64,000 nucleotides of DNA from Lytechinus pictus (taxonomy: Eukaryota): the NCBI RefSeq assembly GCF_037042905.1, contig NC_087251.1:18354001-18418000 (forward strand). The letters are read 5' to 3'. The notes under the pieces are model-generated. The model made no database searches and was not told the origin of the DNA. It saw nothing but the letters and a program-made list of their open reading frames with translations. A program made the translations under genes and the position numbers. This document shows, one piece after another, positions 38,948 to 51,172 of the stretch. Each line of letters opens with the position of its first letter. Position 1 is the first letter of the stretch.

Positions 38948-39638
38948 ATGGAAGTCGCACAAAGAAACAATGTTTGGACTACCACCACAAACCCCCAGGG
39001 TAAATCCATACACAATACAGTATTGTATTCCTCTTTCATTACTTGTCTTCTTCTCTTTGGTCTCGGGTCAGCCGGGAATGTGAATCCAAGACCTGAACTG
39101 TACGTGCCTAACTATAAGTACTATCACAATGTATCATCAATCGGAACTTTCATCACCGACCTGGTCGTGAAACATCCTACCTACTTTCGTTTAGACCTGA
39201 ACTTCAAGTCCCGCTCCAGTATTCCCCAGTACGTACTGCATATGACTAATTTTTCAAGCTCAAGGACATCGTATGGGAGCCATGGAGTGTCAAACATTAA
39301 GCCCCGCCTCCTACTGTCATTCGGGGAACATGCAAGGGAGTTCTTCCCGGTTGAAAGTATGATACATCTTATGAAAAGAATCACCAGAGGGTTACATGCA
39401 CCACTTAACAGCCCAGAGGATCAGTTCACCAAACATGTTCTTTCTCAGTTAGATATCTACATTATTGTCATGGCTAATCCAGATGGTAGACAGCATATTG
39501 AAAGGACGGGTAACTACTGCTGGAGGGGCACCAGCACTGGTGTGGACTTGGACAGGAACTTTGCTTGGAATTTTGGAGGTCATGGGAGCTCAGGTGATCC
39601 TACTGATGAGGAGTTCAGAGGACCTTTTCCTCAGTCAG
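38948..39638 (+). CDS. M14 zinc carboxypeptidase, coding exon 1
   Basis: ATG in GAGATGG context. Hydrophobic signal (VLYSSFITCLLLFGLGSAG), LLLSFGEHARE (HxxE), MANPDG, WRG..GVDLDRNF, FRGPFPQS. Donor CAG|GTACAG, phase 1. Confidence 0.95.
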
Positions 39639-40561
39639 GTACAGTACAGTACAACCTATCACAGTAGCATTTACAAACCTACCCTACACTGACCAGTTCT
39701 TGGTAGTACTGTTTTTAGTTCCTTGCTGTATTCAGTTACATTGTAGTAACAAATTTCCTTTATGGACCCGGGGGACACTTCTATTGACAAATTATGGATA
39801 TAATGCATGTCCAAAAGACGTGTGAAAAGGGAATCTATTTCAAGGTACAGGATGTTACATAAATGTATGTAACGTAATTAAGGTGTCAAAAACAATTGGG
39901 TAATTAATTTCTGAACTGAACTGAATTTATTACCAAATCATGTCAAAATACATTGATAGTGATACAGGGTAAATTTTCATATGATATATACTTCATTGGT
40001 ATTAAAAGGACTCCACGGAAATAGCAAGTACTGCTAGTGGGACGTGGAGCCCCTATCCTACGACATACATAATCATAATTAATAGCATGAAATAACGTTT
40101 AAATAGTAAGTTTACAAATTATGCTCTTCGGAAAATAACATATCTGGTGTATAAAACAAATGAATAGGTCTAGCATAATAGGGTAAAAGCAAGAAATGCA
40201 TACAAATGAATTAAAACATGTACCTGTGATTACAGTATCTGATTTACAAGAGTAAAAAAAAGATAGAATGTGTTTCGAGTAGGATATATTTTTGTGCCAA
40301 GATGACGTGTTTAGGGTCCAATATACTCCCTAGCCAATTTACTAGTGATATGTGACCGATACTCTTTGCTAGTGAAATGCACAGGATGACTGAAATGGTA
40401 AAATTATATGGGAGTACTTGCTAAGGGTTACATTTTGTACCCAATTATTTAATAGGGTGGGGTTCTGTAGCCAAAACAAGTTTGTTAAATGCAGGGTTTT
40501 GTACCCAATACTTGTTATGGGTAAAGTTTAACAAATTCACACTACTATATTCTGTATTCTA

Positions 40562-41430
40562 TATAGGGGAAAATGGGGAAAGTTGAGCATAGGGGCAAGT
40601 TGAGCCACCACCTCCAGGTCAACAATGAATGAGTCAGACATTGTGGTGGTGTCATGCATGGGTGACCCTTTACATAAACCTTAGTCCCACCACATTGTTT
40701 TCAACTTTGAAACAAAAAGTATTTTTTATAGGGATAAATACAAGTTTCAGCCAAAAAAGTAAAAAAGGGTGTGAAATAGATCAGTGCTTTTTACCCACAC
40801 ACATCTTTAAATATAAAAAAGTAATAAGAACAATATTGTTAGTCCAGGTATGGATTCTCATTCTTGTCATAGTCTTTTACATGATGGATGCATAAGAAAT
40901 GTGTGGATGTGAAAATACGGAATTAAGTTCGGACTGGGGTAATTTGTGCCAGCCAACATGGGGCAAGTTGAGCCATGGTAATTCTTATGGTAATGTGTAA
41001 TACAAAAAACAAACAAACCTTAAAAAGCCATTGATATGCAGGCAGAAAGGAGCAAATTCACATGACAGTTTTTTACTTTTAGAGGATGTTAGTATTTATA
41101 GAGAATTAGCAAGTGAAAAGACTTTAAATACAAAATTGACATGCTAGTTCTTCCCTCATACATTTTGTACAAAGTTTTTGTGGCTCAACTTACCCCAGAA
41201 GGTGGCACAACTTACCCCACAGATGGGGCAAGTTGAGCCATTTGAGATCGTTTTTTTTAAAGGTCACAATGACTTTCAGTGTGGGGGTAGAAAGTTATAT
41301 ATAGGTGAAAAATATTTCCCAAGAAACAAATTTAAAGGCAAGGTACTTAATACCACAATATTATTAGTCATATCAATTCTAACATGCAATATGCAAAAAG
41401 TGTCACAACTTACCCCGCCTTCCCCTACTG
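40562..41430. mobile_element. Tc1/mariner(pogo)-like MITE in intron
   Basis: TAGGGGAAAATGGGGAAAGTTG ... CAACTTACCCCGCCTTCCCCTACTG|TA. Repeated GGGGCAAGTTGAGCCA motifs. Left terminus degenerate. Confidence 0.7.
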
Positions 41431-42136
41431 TATAGTACTTGTTGAAAGCTGCATTTTCCTTTCACTTGTAATAGGATATCTGCTCTTTCTTTACAGTGAG
41501 TGCAATTATTGCCATCATTTGTGTGTATAGCACATACATATAAAATTTTGCAATATACTGCAAGCAATGGTTTCATTGAAACTAGCCTACACTGTAGTGT
41601 ATATATTATTTGTTAGTGTTGATCCCATGTTTGATTTGAATAGTTTAAAGAAATTGTCCAATAGCCTAGAACTAATCCTTTTGTTTTAAAAAAGGTTTTG
41701 AAGTAAAAATACATTTAAAAATAGCATGGTTAGTCAAGCTATTTGACAATTTCTTTGAACTAATTCCCCTTTAACCATTCTTATGGAACACAAAATCAAC
41801 ACCAACAAATTATAGTAAGCAAGTTTACAAACAATTATTACAGAATATACACAACAACCAGGTGGTTTTGAACTTTTGCAAATGATATTTGGTGTCATAA
41901 ACGTAAGTTTGTGTAAAGATCATAGCTCAATGTGTAACACTGTCTCCAGTACTGTTTCTTCAGATATAGACAGCTCAGGGATATGCATGATTTTTAGAAT
42001 AATGAATTCATTTGTTGGCTGTTTCTGTAGATTTTCTCCAAGTGGGAATGAAATTTGCATTTGTGAGTTTGAAGTGTTTGTTCAATACTTAAGTTGTGAA
42101 GGATTTTTAATTTCCTGTCTTCCCTTATCTACACAG

Positions 42137-42238
42137 AACCCGAAGGAAGAGTTTACTTAGAGCTGTCAAACACACATCACTTTGATGCTTTCATCTCCTT
42201 CCACTCTGGAATACAGCAAATATATATTCCTTTTGCTG
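42137..42238 (+). CDS. M14 carboxypeptidase, coding exon 2
   Basis: ACACAG| ... G|GTGAGT. Reads (E)PEGRVYLELSNTHHFDAFISFHSGIQQIYIPFA, completing the SEPE motif and giving the third Zn ligand (SFHS). Confidence 0.93.
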
Positions 42239-42600
42239 GTGAGTGATATTACATTTTTAGTTCATTGTAGATTAATAGATTATCAGAATCAATATTGTCA
42301 CAACGTAAACCTCTTTGCAAAGATCATCTTTTCTGAGAAGAGTGACCATGTATTATGTCTTTTGTTTTAGAGAGAAGTAATTTTTTTGTAACATGTGCAC
42401 ACATTGATATTGATAATACATAAGCATTTTTGTGTATTTGAGCAATTTTGATGAAATGCCTTGCTCAAGGCCATGCCGGAAATTGTAGCCTGGACTTCCA
42501 TGGTTTAGTCGGTGACTAAGAACACAGCATGTGGCATTAATTAAAAACACCCTACCCCCAGCTTCCAGCTCTGTATATGAAAACTTTGCTTATTAAAAGG

Positions 42601-43109
42601 TAGTCCACGTCCTGGACGATTTTTATTGATTGGGCCAACCCTATCGGACCGTACCGGTACCCCCACGCGCACACGTAACCAACACACACACGCCCTCCAC
42701 TGATTCACTTACTCCCAGTGATTTCGCCTAACCCAGTGATTCACCTAACCCACTGATTCACTTTCCCCGAAAAATGACTATTCAGGGGGGGGGGGGGGTG
42801 TATGCGTGTTATGGGGATGTAGTGTGTTATGTGTTTGGTACCGGTAATCGTATCGTACAAAATAACAATTCAGGGGGTGTGTGTATGTGTGTTATGGGGA
42901 TGTAGTGTGTTATGTGTTTGGTAGTCGTATTGTACAAAATAACAATTCAGGGGGTGTGTGTATGTGTGTTATGGGGATGTAGTGTGTTATGTGTTTGGTA
43001 GTCGTATCGTACAAAATAACAATTCAGGGGGGGTGTATACGTGTTATGGGGATGTAGTGTGTTTGGTAGTCGTATCGTACAAAATAACAAGAGTCCAGGA
43101 GGTGGACTA
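42601..43109. mobile_element. Non-autonomous element with 9-bp TSD (AcademH- or MULE-like) containing a 77-bp tandem array
   Basis: TIR TAGTCCACGTCCTGGAC ... GTCCAGGAGGTGGACTA. Perfect TSD ATTAAAAGG (42592-42600, 43110-43118). About four 77-bp units at 42780-43090. Confidence 0.88.
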
Positions 43110-43648
43110 ATTAAAAGGGTGTTTGTGCTCTGGTGCAGCATCTATGCTACATGAATGTGTGATTAGCTGTATATATAGTTGACTTTTATCATCTATTATA
43201 CAGTATGTTGTAATTTCAGTATCTGTCTATTATTTTGTTGGATAGTATCTGATCATTATGAATTCCATGAGGCATGATATAGAAGGATCTGGATCTGAAT
43301 GTTCTAGAACAATTCTGAAAGACAAATTCCCTTGATATGATTCCTACCCTGACGACAGCACTATTCTAGGACAACCCACCCTGCAAAACTTGTTTTCTTA
43401 GAGGACAACTTACATCATCCAGCCTCTTGTGGAGTTGTCCTTTGGGAAAATGTCCTAGAATTTTAGATTAACCCTTTGATGTCATAATTCAGGGACTATA
43501 TATTCTTAGGGTTTGTCATTATGCGTTGTATATTGCAAGAACTTCATGTGATGCATTTCTTTCTGTCTGTGGTTCTTTTATCTATATATCGGTATCTCTC
43601 TCTCTTTCTCTCCCCTATCTCCATGCTCTGTCATTTCTTCATCTTTAG

Positions 43649-43821
43649 ATTCTGCATCCAGAAAAGCCAAGAGAGTCCCAGTGAACAGCGCTGTTCAGCT
43701 TGGCCTAGCAGAAGCCATGTCTAAAGCAGGAGGTTCTTCATTCAAATATGGAATAGGTTATAATCTTTGTGAATATCCTGCTGATGGAACAATATATGAT
43801 TACATGGCTGGTGTTAAAAAG
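43649..43821 (+). CDS. M14 carboxypeptidase, coding exon 3
   Basis: CTTTAG| ... AAG|GTCAGT. Reads (D)SASRKAKRVP...KYGIGYNLCEYPADGTIYDYMAGVKK. Phase consistent. Confidence 0.93.
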
Positions 43822-44203
43822 GTCAGTTGTGTTAACTCTGAACTGAATTGCAGCATTCATGAGGTTTATTATGTTGTATAAGTGGTGACAATTGATGACC
43901 TTGGCAGGTTCGATGTTAAAAAAAAATCTAAACATAAGACATAAATATATATGTGTATATGTCTTTATCTGTAAAGCACATAGAGAGAGGGTTTATACAT
44001 GTACTAGTATATTAATGCGCTTGATTAATTTATTATTATCATTAATTGTTGTTATTATTATCATTGCTTTCCATTCCATTTGGAATAAACAAGTCTTTCA
44101 CATTTTCTCCATATTTTCATGTAGATATTGTCTGAAATATTTTCTTGCTTTATATTGAATATTATTCTATATGAGTTATGAACTTTTGCATTCTATTCTA
44201 TAG

Positions 44204-44299
44204 ATTCCATTTTCCTTGAATGTGGAGATGTGGGGCGAGGGAGATATAGATAATAAACAGTGTTTTGATCTCTTCAACCCTCCAAATGAAAAATTAGCT
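44204..44299 (+). CDS. M14 carboxypeptidase, coding exon 4
   Basis: CTATAG| ... GCT|GTGAGT. Reads IPFSLNVEMWGEGDIDNKQCFDLFNPPNEKLA, including the catalytic Glu equivalent. Confidence 0.92.
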
Positions 44300-44741
44300 G
44301 TGAGTATGAACAAATCTTTGCTTGTATTTTAGTCTGAGTCGTAACTGTATGACTGGTGACTGTTGTTAATTTCAGCAGAGATTGGTTTACCGGTGAAGTA
44401 AAGAAATATATACATGTTTCAGTGTCGTTAAAGACTTGAAAAATTACCACATAACTACCACAGTATTGCAGTATTTTTACTGCAGCATATGTTAAAATGA
44501 GTCACTCGGAGTGCTGTAATCTACACAGCCAAAGCATGTAGTCTCCCTAAAGCAGAGAATCCTCCATCAATATCACGAAACATGTTGCACAAGTGACATT
44601 AAGTGAGTGTGTTTATTCACCAAAGAGATGCAAACTTTGAAATGGTGTTGAGTTATTTTATCAGTTACGTTTGAGCATTTGTTGTCTAAACTTTTTTAAT
44701 GATGTACATATTTCTTTCATTGATTCCCCCCCCCCCCTCAG

Positions 44742-44840
44742 GCTTCATTAGAAGATAGCATGCCTCTCTATGATGCACTCTTTACACACGTGGTACGTTG
44801 GAAACAAAAACAAGTTCATGAACAGTACCACCATTTAGGG
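44742..44840 (+). CDS. M14 carboxypeptidase, coding exon 5
   Basis: CCCTCAG| ... GGG|GTAAGT, open in phase 0. Reads ASLEDSMPLYDALFTHVVRWKQKQVHEQYHHLG. Confidence 0.85.
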
Positions 44841-46077
44841 GTAAGTACATTAATATCCATATTGATATAATCCTGTCTAGATTGTTGTTTTTTAAGGGGG
44901 ATTTAAGGGAATTTCAATTACACTTCTCACATTATTATGCCTCACATTGAAACATTGTCCAATAATGAGAACTTTTACTATTTATCTGAAAAGAAGCTCT
45001 AAACTTGTTGTACATGTAGTACCGGTTCATGTATATCACATTTTGAAAACAAGTCATATTAAACTAAAGCAATGCTTAATGTTTTTTTTAAATCAAATTC
45101 AGCAATAGTTTATCTGGTTCCTAGTTACTGAAATAGATATAAAACCTACTTTACTATGGTATGTATATATTGTATAGTCATTGTATGTAATATAGTTTTC
45201 CATTGGAAACTAAAGTCAGCATATGTAAGGCTTCATCAGTCTTTCATTTTATCACATTCATTGTACAGTGTACATGTATGCTGGTTGTGTAATAGTTGGT
45301 GATTCATACCTTTATTATGATCTTGCATCTAGTTTTAAGGATTCCATTCGGCATTATTATAATTTTTCCCATATGATTTTCTTTTCTTGAGAGATTCACC
45401 AAAATATTTGTAAATGTGAAACAGTGTAATTCCAGTCTTAACTATGACTTATATTATTTGTTCAGATCATATAGGCAGTATCTTAACCCATTCCCTACCG
45501 AAACCAGATGATTCCTGTAAAAAGTCTATTGGAAGTATAGCAAATCATTAGTCATTGGTTGGTAGTATCAATTGGTCTTTGACAAGTTATGGTAGATTCG
45601 GTGTGGATGCTGGTGTTGGTGTTTGAAGCACAAATTAGATGACGTCCATATCTTCAAAACCAGGCATGATATTCTCCCCACTAAAATCAGAATTCCGATT
45701 TTTTAATCATTTTTTTTTAATGTGAAATCCTTTGCCCAAGATCATTCTCATGCTGTTTTTTACTGCTTTTTTAAAGTCAAATGATAAAGCTATCATGCAG
45801 ACTCACCTTGAAAAATCACTTTTGATTTTTTAACTATGCAAGAGCTTGTAACCCCGACCGGGGTGTCTCAGACGTCGGCGGGAACTTGGCCACCCTTGGC
45901 TACTTTTCAGATTTTTTTCAGAGGGGAATATCATGCCTGCAAAACCTAATCTGAGGTTTAAATCATAGTCCAAATCACATTATTTACAAAAGCTCATCAC
46001 CAAGTGAGACTGACTTCATAAGAATATTCATGATTATTTATGATTGCTTCTTTTGACTGTTTTCTTGCTTCTTACAG

Positions 46078-46263
46078 CAGACCGATCTGTACATTCCAAA
46101 GAGCTATGTCATTCCCTTCTTACTGTGCCTGTGTGTCTTCCTGGTTATATTCTTTCGTCAAGTACCTTGTGCCTTTAACCACCGATTCTATTCCCGAAAG
46201 AGGGTCGTCAGCTTGCGTTCTCTCAGCTCCACGTTCACCGTCAGTGGTATCAAGATCACATGA
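46078..46263 (+). CDS. M14 carboxypeptidase, terminal coding exon (transmembrane segment and tail)
   Basis: Strong pyrimidine tract with TACAG|CAG| acceptor. Phase 0 reads QTDLYIPKSYVIPFLLCLCVFLVIFFRQ...RKRVVSLRSLSSTFTVSGIKIT-stop. Confidence 0.75.
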   Translation, partial: QTDLYIPKSYVIPFLLCLCVFLVIFFRQVPCAFNHRFYSRKRVVSLRSLSSTFTVSGIKIT

Positions 46264-46635
46264 CACAAACATACATTTTAGTACGTTGTATGTTTTGTTA
46301 TCTATTGTGTATTTCTGTGAATATGCAATTTAAGTGAATTATCTTGCGGTTTGTGAGATGTTGGCAACTGCCCTCTACTGTTTTGTCTTAATAATTTTTT
46401 TATTTATTTCAATATCAGTATGATTTTTATATCGCTTGTGACCAAATGTGCAATTCTCCAACTTATAAATTGTTCAATCTATTCTTAATGGTGTGAATAT
46501 ACTTAATTATGATATGGTATATTCATGAATGCCTCTATGATGGCATGAGTATATTTTATTCGTTCTGATGTCCATGCAATTTTCTACATTAGGGTAGAGG
46601 TAAAGCTGCAAGAAATTTAATAATGCAAACATGAT

Positions 46636-46713
46636 AAAGAAAACAATTACACTCTGATATTATAGACAACTTTCAAAGAAAACAATTACACTCTGATATT
46701 ATAGACAACTTTC
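46636..46713. repeat. Tandem duplication of 39 bp
   Basis: AAAGAAAACAATTACACTCTGATATTATAGACAACTTTC twice. Confidence 0.92.
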
Positions 46714-47053
46714 GGCGACATTTTATTCATTATAAAGAGTGATTTCATGTATTAAATGCCATTTGATATTTATCATAGCTTCTCATATGATTTTTGTACA
46801 AGGTTTAGGTTCATGCTTACTTACTAGTATACATTTACTTGCTGAATGTAGAATTAGCAAATTGTATATTGTTGATTGAATGCAATATGAGACAGTACAA
46901 GGAGCTAATAACTGAGTGAGCATTTGTTGTTGTGTGCAAACTTTATTGTAATAAAATTGTTCCAAATGTTCTTACAACTATTTTGTAATGCATAATGCAT
47001 GCACCACTATTGTTTATTATGAGAAGCTTGTGGGTCAACCATTTTTCCCTTAA

Positions 47054-47462
47054 GGTCACTGCACACCTTATGATTGGTCTGCGACCCGATCTGGGAATAA
47101 AATATAGTAGGATTTGATGCTAATATTGAGACATGGGATATCTTACTGTGTAATGTTCAAAATCATTGTATGAATACCTATGTTCAAATCTGTGACTATG
47201 CTATTCCTTATTAGATTAACAGTGAATTAAATATCTAGTCATAATGACGTCATAGCAGTCATACGATTGTATACGATTTGAAACCGATGTGGCCTTTACT
47301 GAAAAATAAAGGTTTGAATCATCCAAAATTATCATTAATATTCTTTCAGTTAATTTGAGCCTCAAATGAAAATATATTTTTCATTCACATTTTCAGAAAA
47401 TGAGCAAAATGCGATTTGTTCCAGAATCAGATCGTGGACCAGCCGTAATGTGTATGGTGGCC
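47054..47462. mobile_element. TTAA-flanked MITE (Harbinger- or Kolobok-like)
   Basis: TTAA|GGTCACTGCACACCTTATGATTGGTCTGCGA ... TCGTGGACCAGCCGTAATGTGTATGGTGGCC|TTAA, imperfect TIR. Confidence 0.65.
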
Positions 47463-50400
47463 TTAAGACATACAAGATAGCATGGGCTATGAGGAAGAAT
47501 TGAAAAGTTAACTAGATATTTAATTAAACGGTGAATTCTCAGTGTGGGAAAGAATAAGGATTAATTGTTAGGACGAGCAAGGAAGACTAAATTGCGTACA
47601 AAGATTGACCCATCTCTCACGATTAATGCATATGATTGACATCAAAAGAAGTACACAACTTGCCTGCTTGTACATGTATTGTGAAAGTACCTTCACTCTT
47701 AATATGAGCAATATAACTCTGTGCCTGATTGAAAATTTCATGAAGTGTGAAAAGTGATGTATGTGTAGGTTCAGATGAACTAGGGCTCTTATGTCATAAA
47801 TCATGTAATCCCAATAACAATTTCTAAAATTCAATGATAAATTGACAGTTTGCAACCAATAAAATTACACAATTTCAGTAGCTTTTGAACAGTAGCTTTA
47901 TTTAAACTTGCTATCAAAATAAATTTTATGAAATAGGTCCCTTGGTATACAAGTACTTCTCTAAAAATCAAAAGGAAAATAGAATAAACATTAAATGTTA
48001 TGCTAGGATGGAAATATTTTGTAAAAGTTTTAATATCACGTATGTATTTGGAATGATCTTTGTAATTGCAATGTTTTATGTTTTCATAATTGTGAAATGA
48101 AATGTAGGTTGTTTAATTAGCACACTTTTAAATACTCATAGATATGATTTGTATCATATTTGAATTAAAAAAGATAACTCAATTCATATTACCTGCAGTG
48201 ACAAAAGTTAGATGTGGTATAAATCATTTGTAATCATTTATCTAATGACCACAACATTTTAAATTCAATTTCTTGAACAATCCATTTTCAGTCATGTGGA
48301 TATCAATCTGTACTTATTCATTAAGGATTTTCAAACAATGAATGGAGCAGTAGATCATTATTTTGTTATTATTCAATGGCACCAAGATCATAAATAATGG
48401 TATTTGTTTATAAACCTGGCTAGTTGAAATTTTTACAATGATAGCCCCACCCCCAAGAGAAAAGAAATAAAGTTGCACAGCGGGCAGAAAGGGGAGAGAC
48501 GTTCATGGAAAGGACATGTCATAGAGTTGCTGATGTGCATATGCAGTGTATCGATAACAAATTTTTCAAGCTTTTGTTTTTTTAAGGGCATTCTAAAAAT
48601 ATTCTAACTGTATGTACAACTATTTTTCAGGGACATACATGTAAAAGGAAAATGAAATGTGACAAAAGTATTTTTGATATTCCTTCATATTCTGTTAAGA
48701 GTAATTCTAATGAATGTGGCATTATATGGTCTTTTTTTTTAATATAGTCTACTTTAGATAGTTGGCCCCATATATTTTTTTAATCATAGATGCTCCTGTA
48801 ATGTTGATATGTTGGCTGGTCCTTTTGTATTACAAAATTCATATCAATACCAGTATCTTGATTGATGATATCACTGTATATTGAGTGCACCTTTTATCAA
48901 TTTTCAAGGTATATGCCACGATGATAGTATGTTGTATATCTTTTAAAGTTGATGTCTAAATGCCATTTCATCATTCAAAACATTGTAAATTACATATAAC
49001 ATAGCCATGTAGAAGTATCGATTGCATTTCTATTGATTTCATTGATACGGGATCAAGGGCAAAACACTTGGGTGTTAAATTCAGCAAATATGATTGACAT
49101 TGAAACACATTTGGCTTGCCAGTCATTCATAGGATGTGTATATTGCAACTAAGAGATTTGTGAAAGACACCCCCATATAGCACAAGCAAGGCATATTATA
49201 TTTGTACTTGGCGTGCTTCATAACTCTGATTGTCAAGTTATTCATGACTTTATGAATGACTGGAGTGTGGGATGTCAAAATGTAAACTGAGTGTTATTTC
49301 AGAGGTCCACTTGATAACATGATTCGACAGCTAATCAAAGTCAATGTTTCGCTTATGGTTACCATAGTGACAAAGACAAAGTAAGCACAACTGTAAGTCT
49401 CTGTGAAACTGGCCCCACGAGGTATTAGGATTGAATGTGAACTTTTGTGGAAATGATGCAGAATTGTTCAATAACAGTAATAATTTTAATTGTAATAAAA
49501 CAAAACACATTCTCTAAAGCCAAAATATACCAGTAGTCACTTTCTCATTATTTTCACAGTGTGATTGATATGTTTGGTTAAAATAATTTAGCAGTAGGCC
49601 TACTCCATGATTTAAAAAGGACTGGGATTGTGTGGTTGATAATGTTTCAATAATAATGTTATTTAATAGTATTGTGTAGACTTGATTTATCATTCACACA
49701 TAACCATTTATCTTTATATTATTTTGATCCATGACATGTGTTGATTGATTTTCTTTCATTGAACCTTAATGTTACCTTTGAATATCCATATGTTACGAGG
49801 TATCAAAGTTTGTCCCCATCCGTCAAAGAAAGATTTTTGGAGTACCAATGTGTGAGTCACATCAATTTGACCCTGTGAAAATTGTAATGACAACATTTGC
49901 TAACAATACAGGTTCCCAGTAGAAGAAATTTTGTCCAAACTTGGGAAACAGTCACGATGAAGAAAAAAAAAATCACAAAAATGCCCCCTATTTCAAGTAA
50001 AAGTCATATACCATATTGTAACAACAATCACCAGAACCATGAGTGAATGATAAACTAAGTTAGCTTTTTTAAATCTTACTTTTGAAAATAGCCTACATGC
50101 TGTTTTTGAATTCGAAAGTAGCCATCGCAATTTTTTCTACACTATGTTTTCACCATCATTTAGAAAAGTATGAGTTTACATGAATATTGACCCAGTCAGA
50201 TGTCATGTGTGGATATTTTTCTTCCTGGGACCTTATGAATGGGAGGGGGGTATATATATCTCTTAATGAAGTTATGCATTACGACATGAACAACTGACAC
50301 AAAAATGAACCCCAAGCAGACTTCTTCATGACAGCAAGAATATATGTGCATTTTGAATTTGCATCATTTCATCATTTATACAAAAATGTAGCGTACTGCA

Positions 50401-51017
50401 TGTGAAGTCAATGTGCTAGAAGTAGTCAACATGTGCTTATTTCGGTACTTCCTCATTGAGATCAAAACTTTTGAATCGATTTGGCCTGCTAAACTCTGTC
50501 GTTCATCAATTCATCCATAGCTTTCTGAATAGTCCTGCACATTTACGTTTCATTTCCATACGGCATTTATTTATATTTCAATGTTTATAGCATCATGAAA
50601 TGTGCAATGGTACGGATGACATCGTCCAATTCCTTCACTGAATATTTTTGGACATAAAATACAAAATATAAATACAAACAGCTGCTATGTTTAATATTTA
50701 ACTGCCATGCAGTCTGTCTGAATGTTTACATCCATTCTATTAAGATTTTGTTATGATTTTGTCACTGCAGGGGTGGTAAATAAAAGGGATTTTTTTCTCA
50801 TAATCGATATTAACTTTAACTTATATTTCAGTTTACATTGAAGAATATGCTTAGCCGGATAGGAAAATCGACCTCGCGGGCCCTCCCCAAATAAAACACT
50901 ACAGGTTTCATGAAGCTTTTATGCAGAAGAGTTGAAAATATTGTTTCCCATACGAAATTTGTTTGTTTTTCTCTCATCAATCAGTACTGCAGCTCTGTTA
51001 TGAACTTGGCATCCCTG

Positions 51018-51172
51018 GGCCCCGTTTTATAAAGAGTTACAACTGTTGTAACTTTGCCATTATGGCAACTACCATGGTAACCTTGATTTTGATTGGCTGC
51101 TGAGCCCTGTTGCCATGGTAGTTGCCATAATGGCAAAGTTACAACGGTTGTAACTGTTTATGAAACGGGCCC
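51018..51172. mobile_element. 155-bp Harbinger-like hairpin MITE
   Basis: ~60-bp TIR GGCCCCGTTTTATAAAGAGTTACAAC.GTTGTAACTTTGCCATTATGGCAACTACCATGG. CTG on both flanks. Confidence 0.88.

Noticed and set aside
45487..45962. piggyBac-like element starting TTAA|CCCATT
   Set aside because: No matching inverted right end found.
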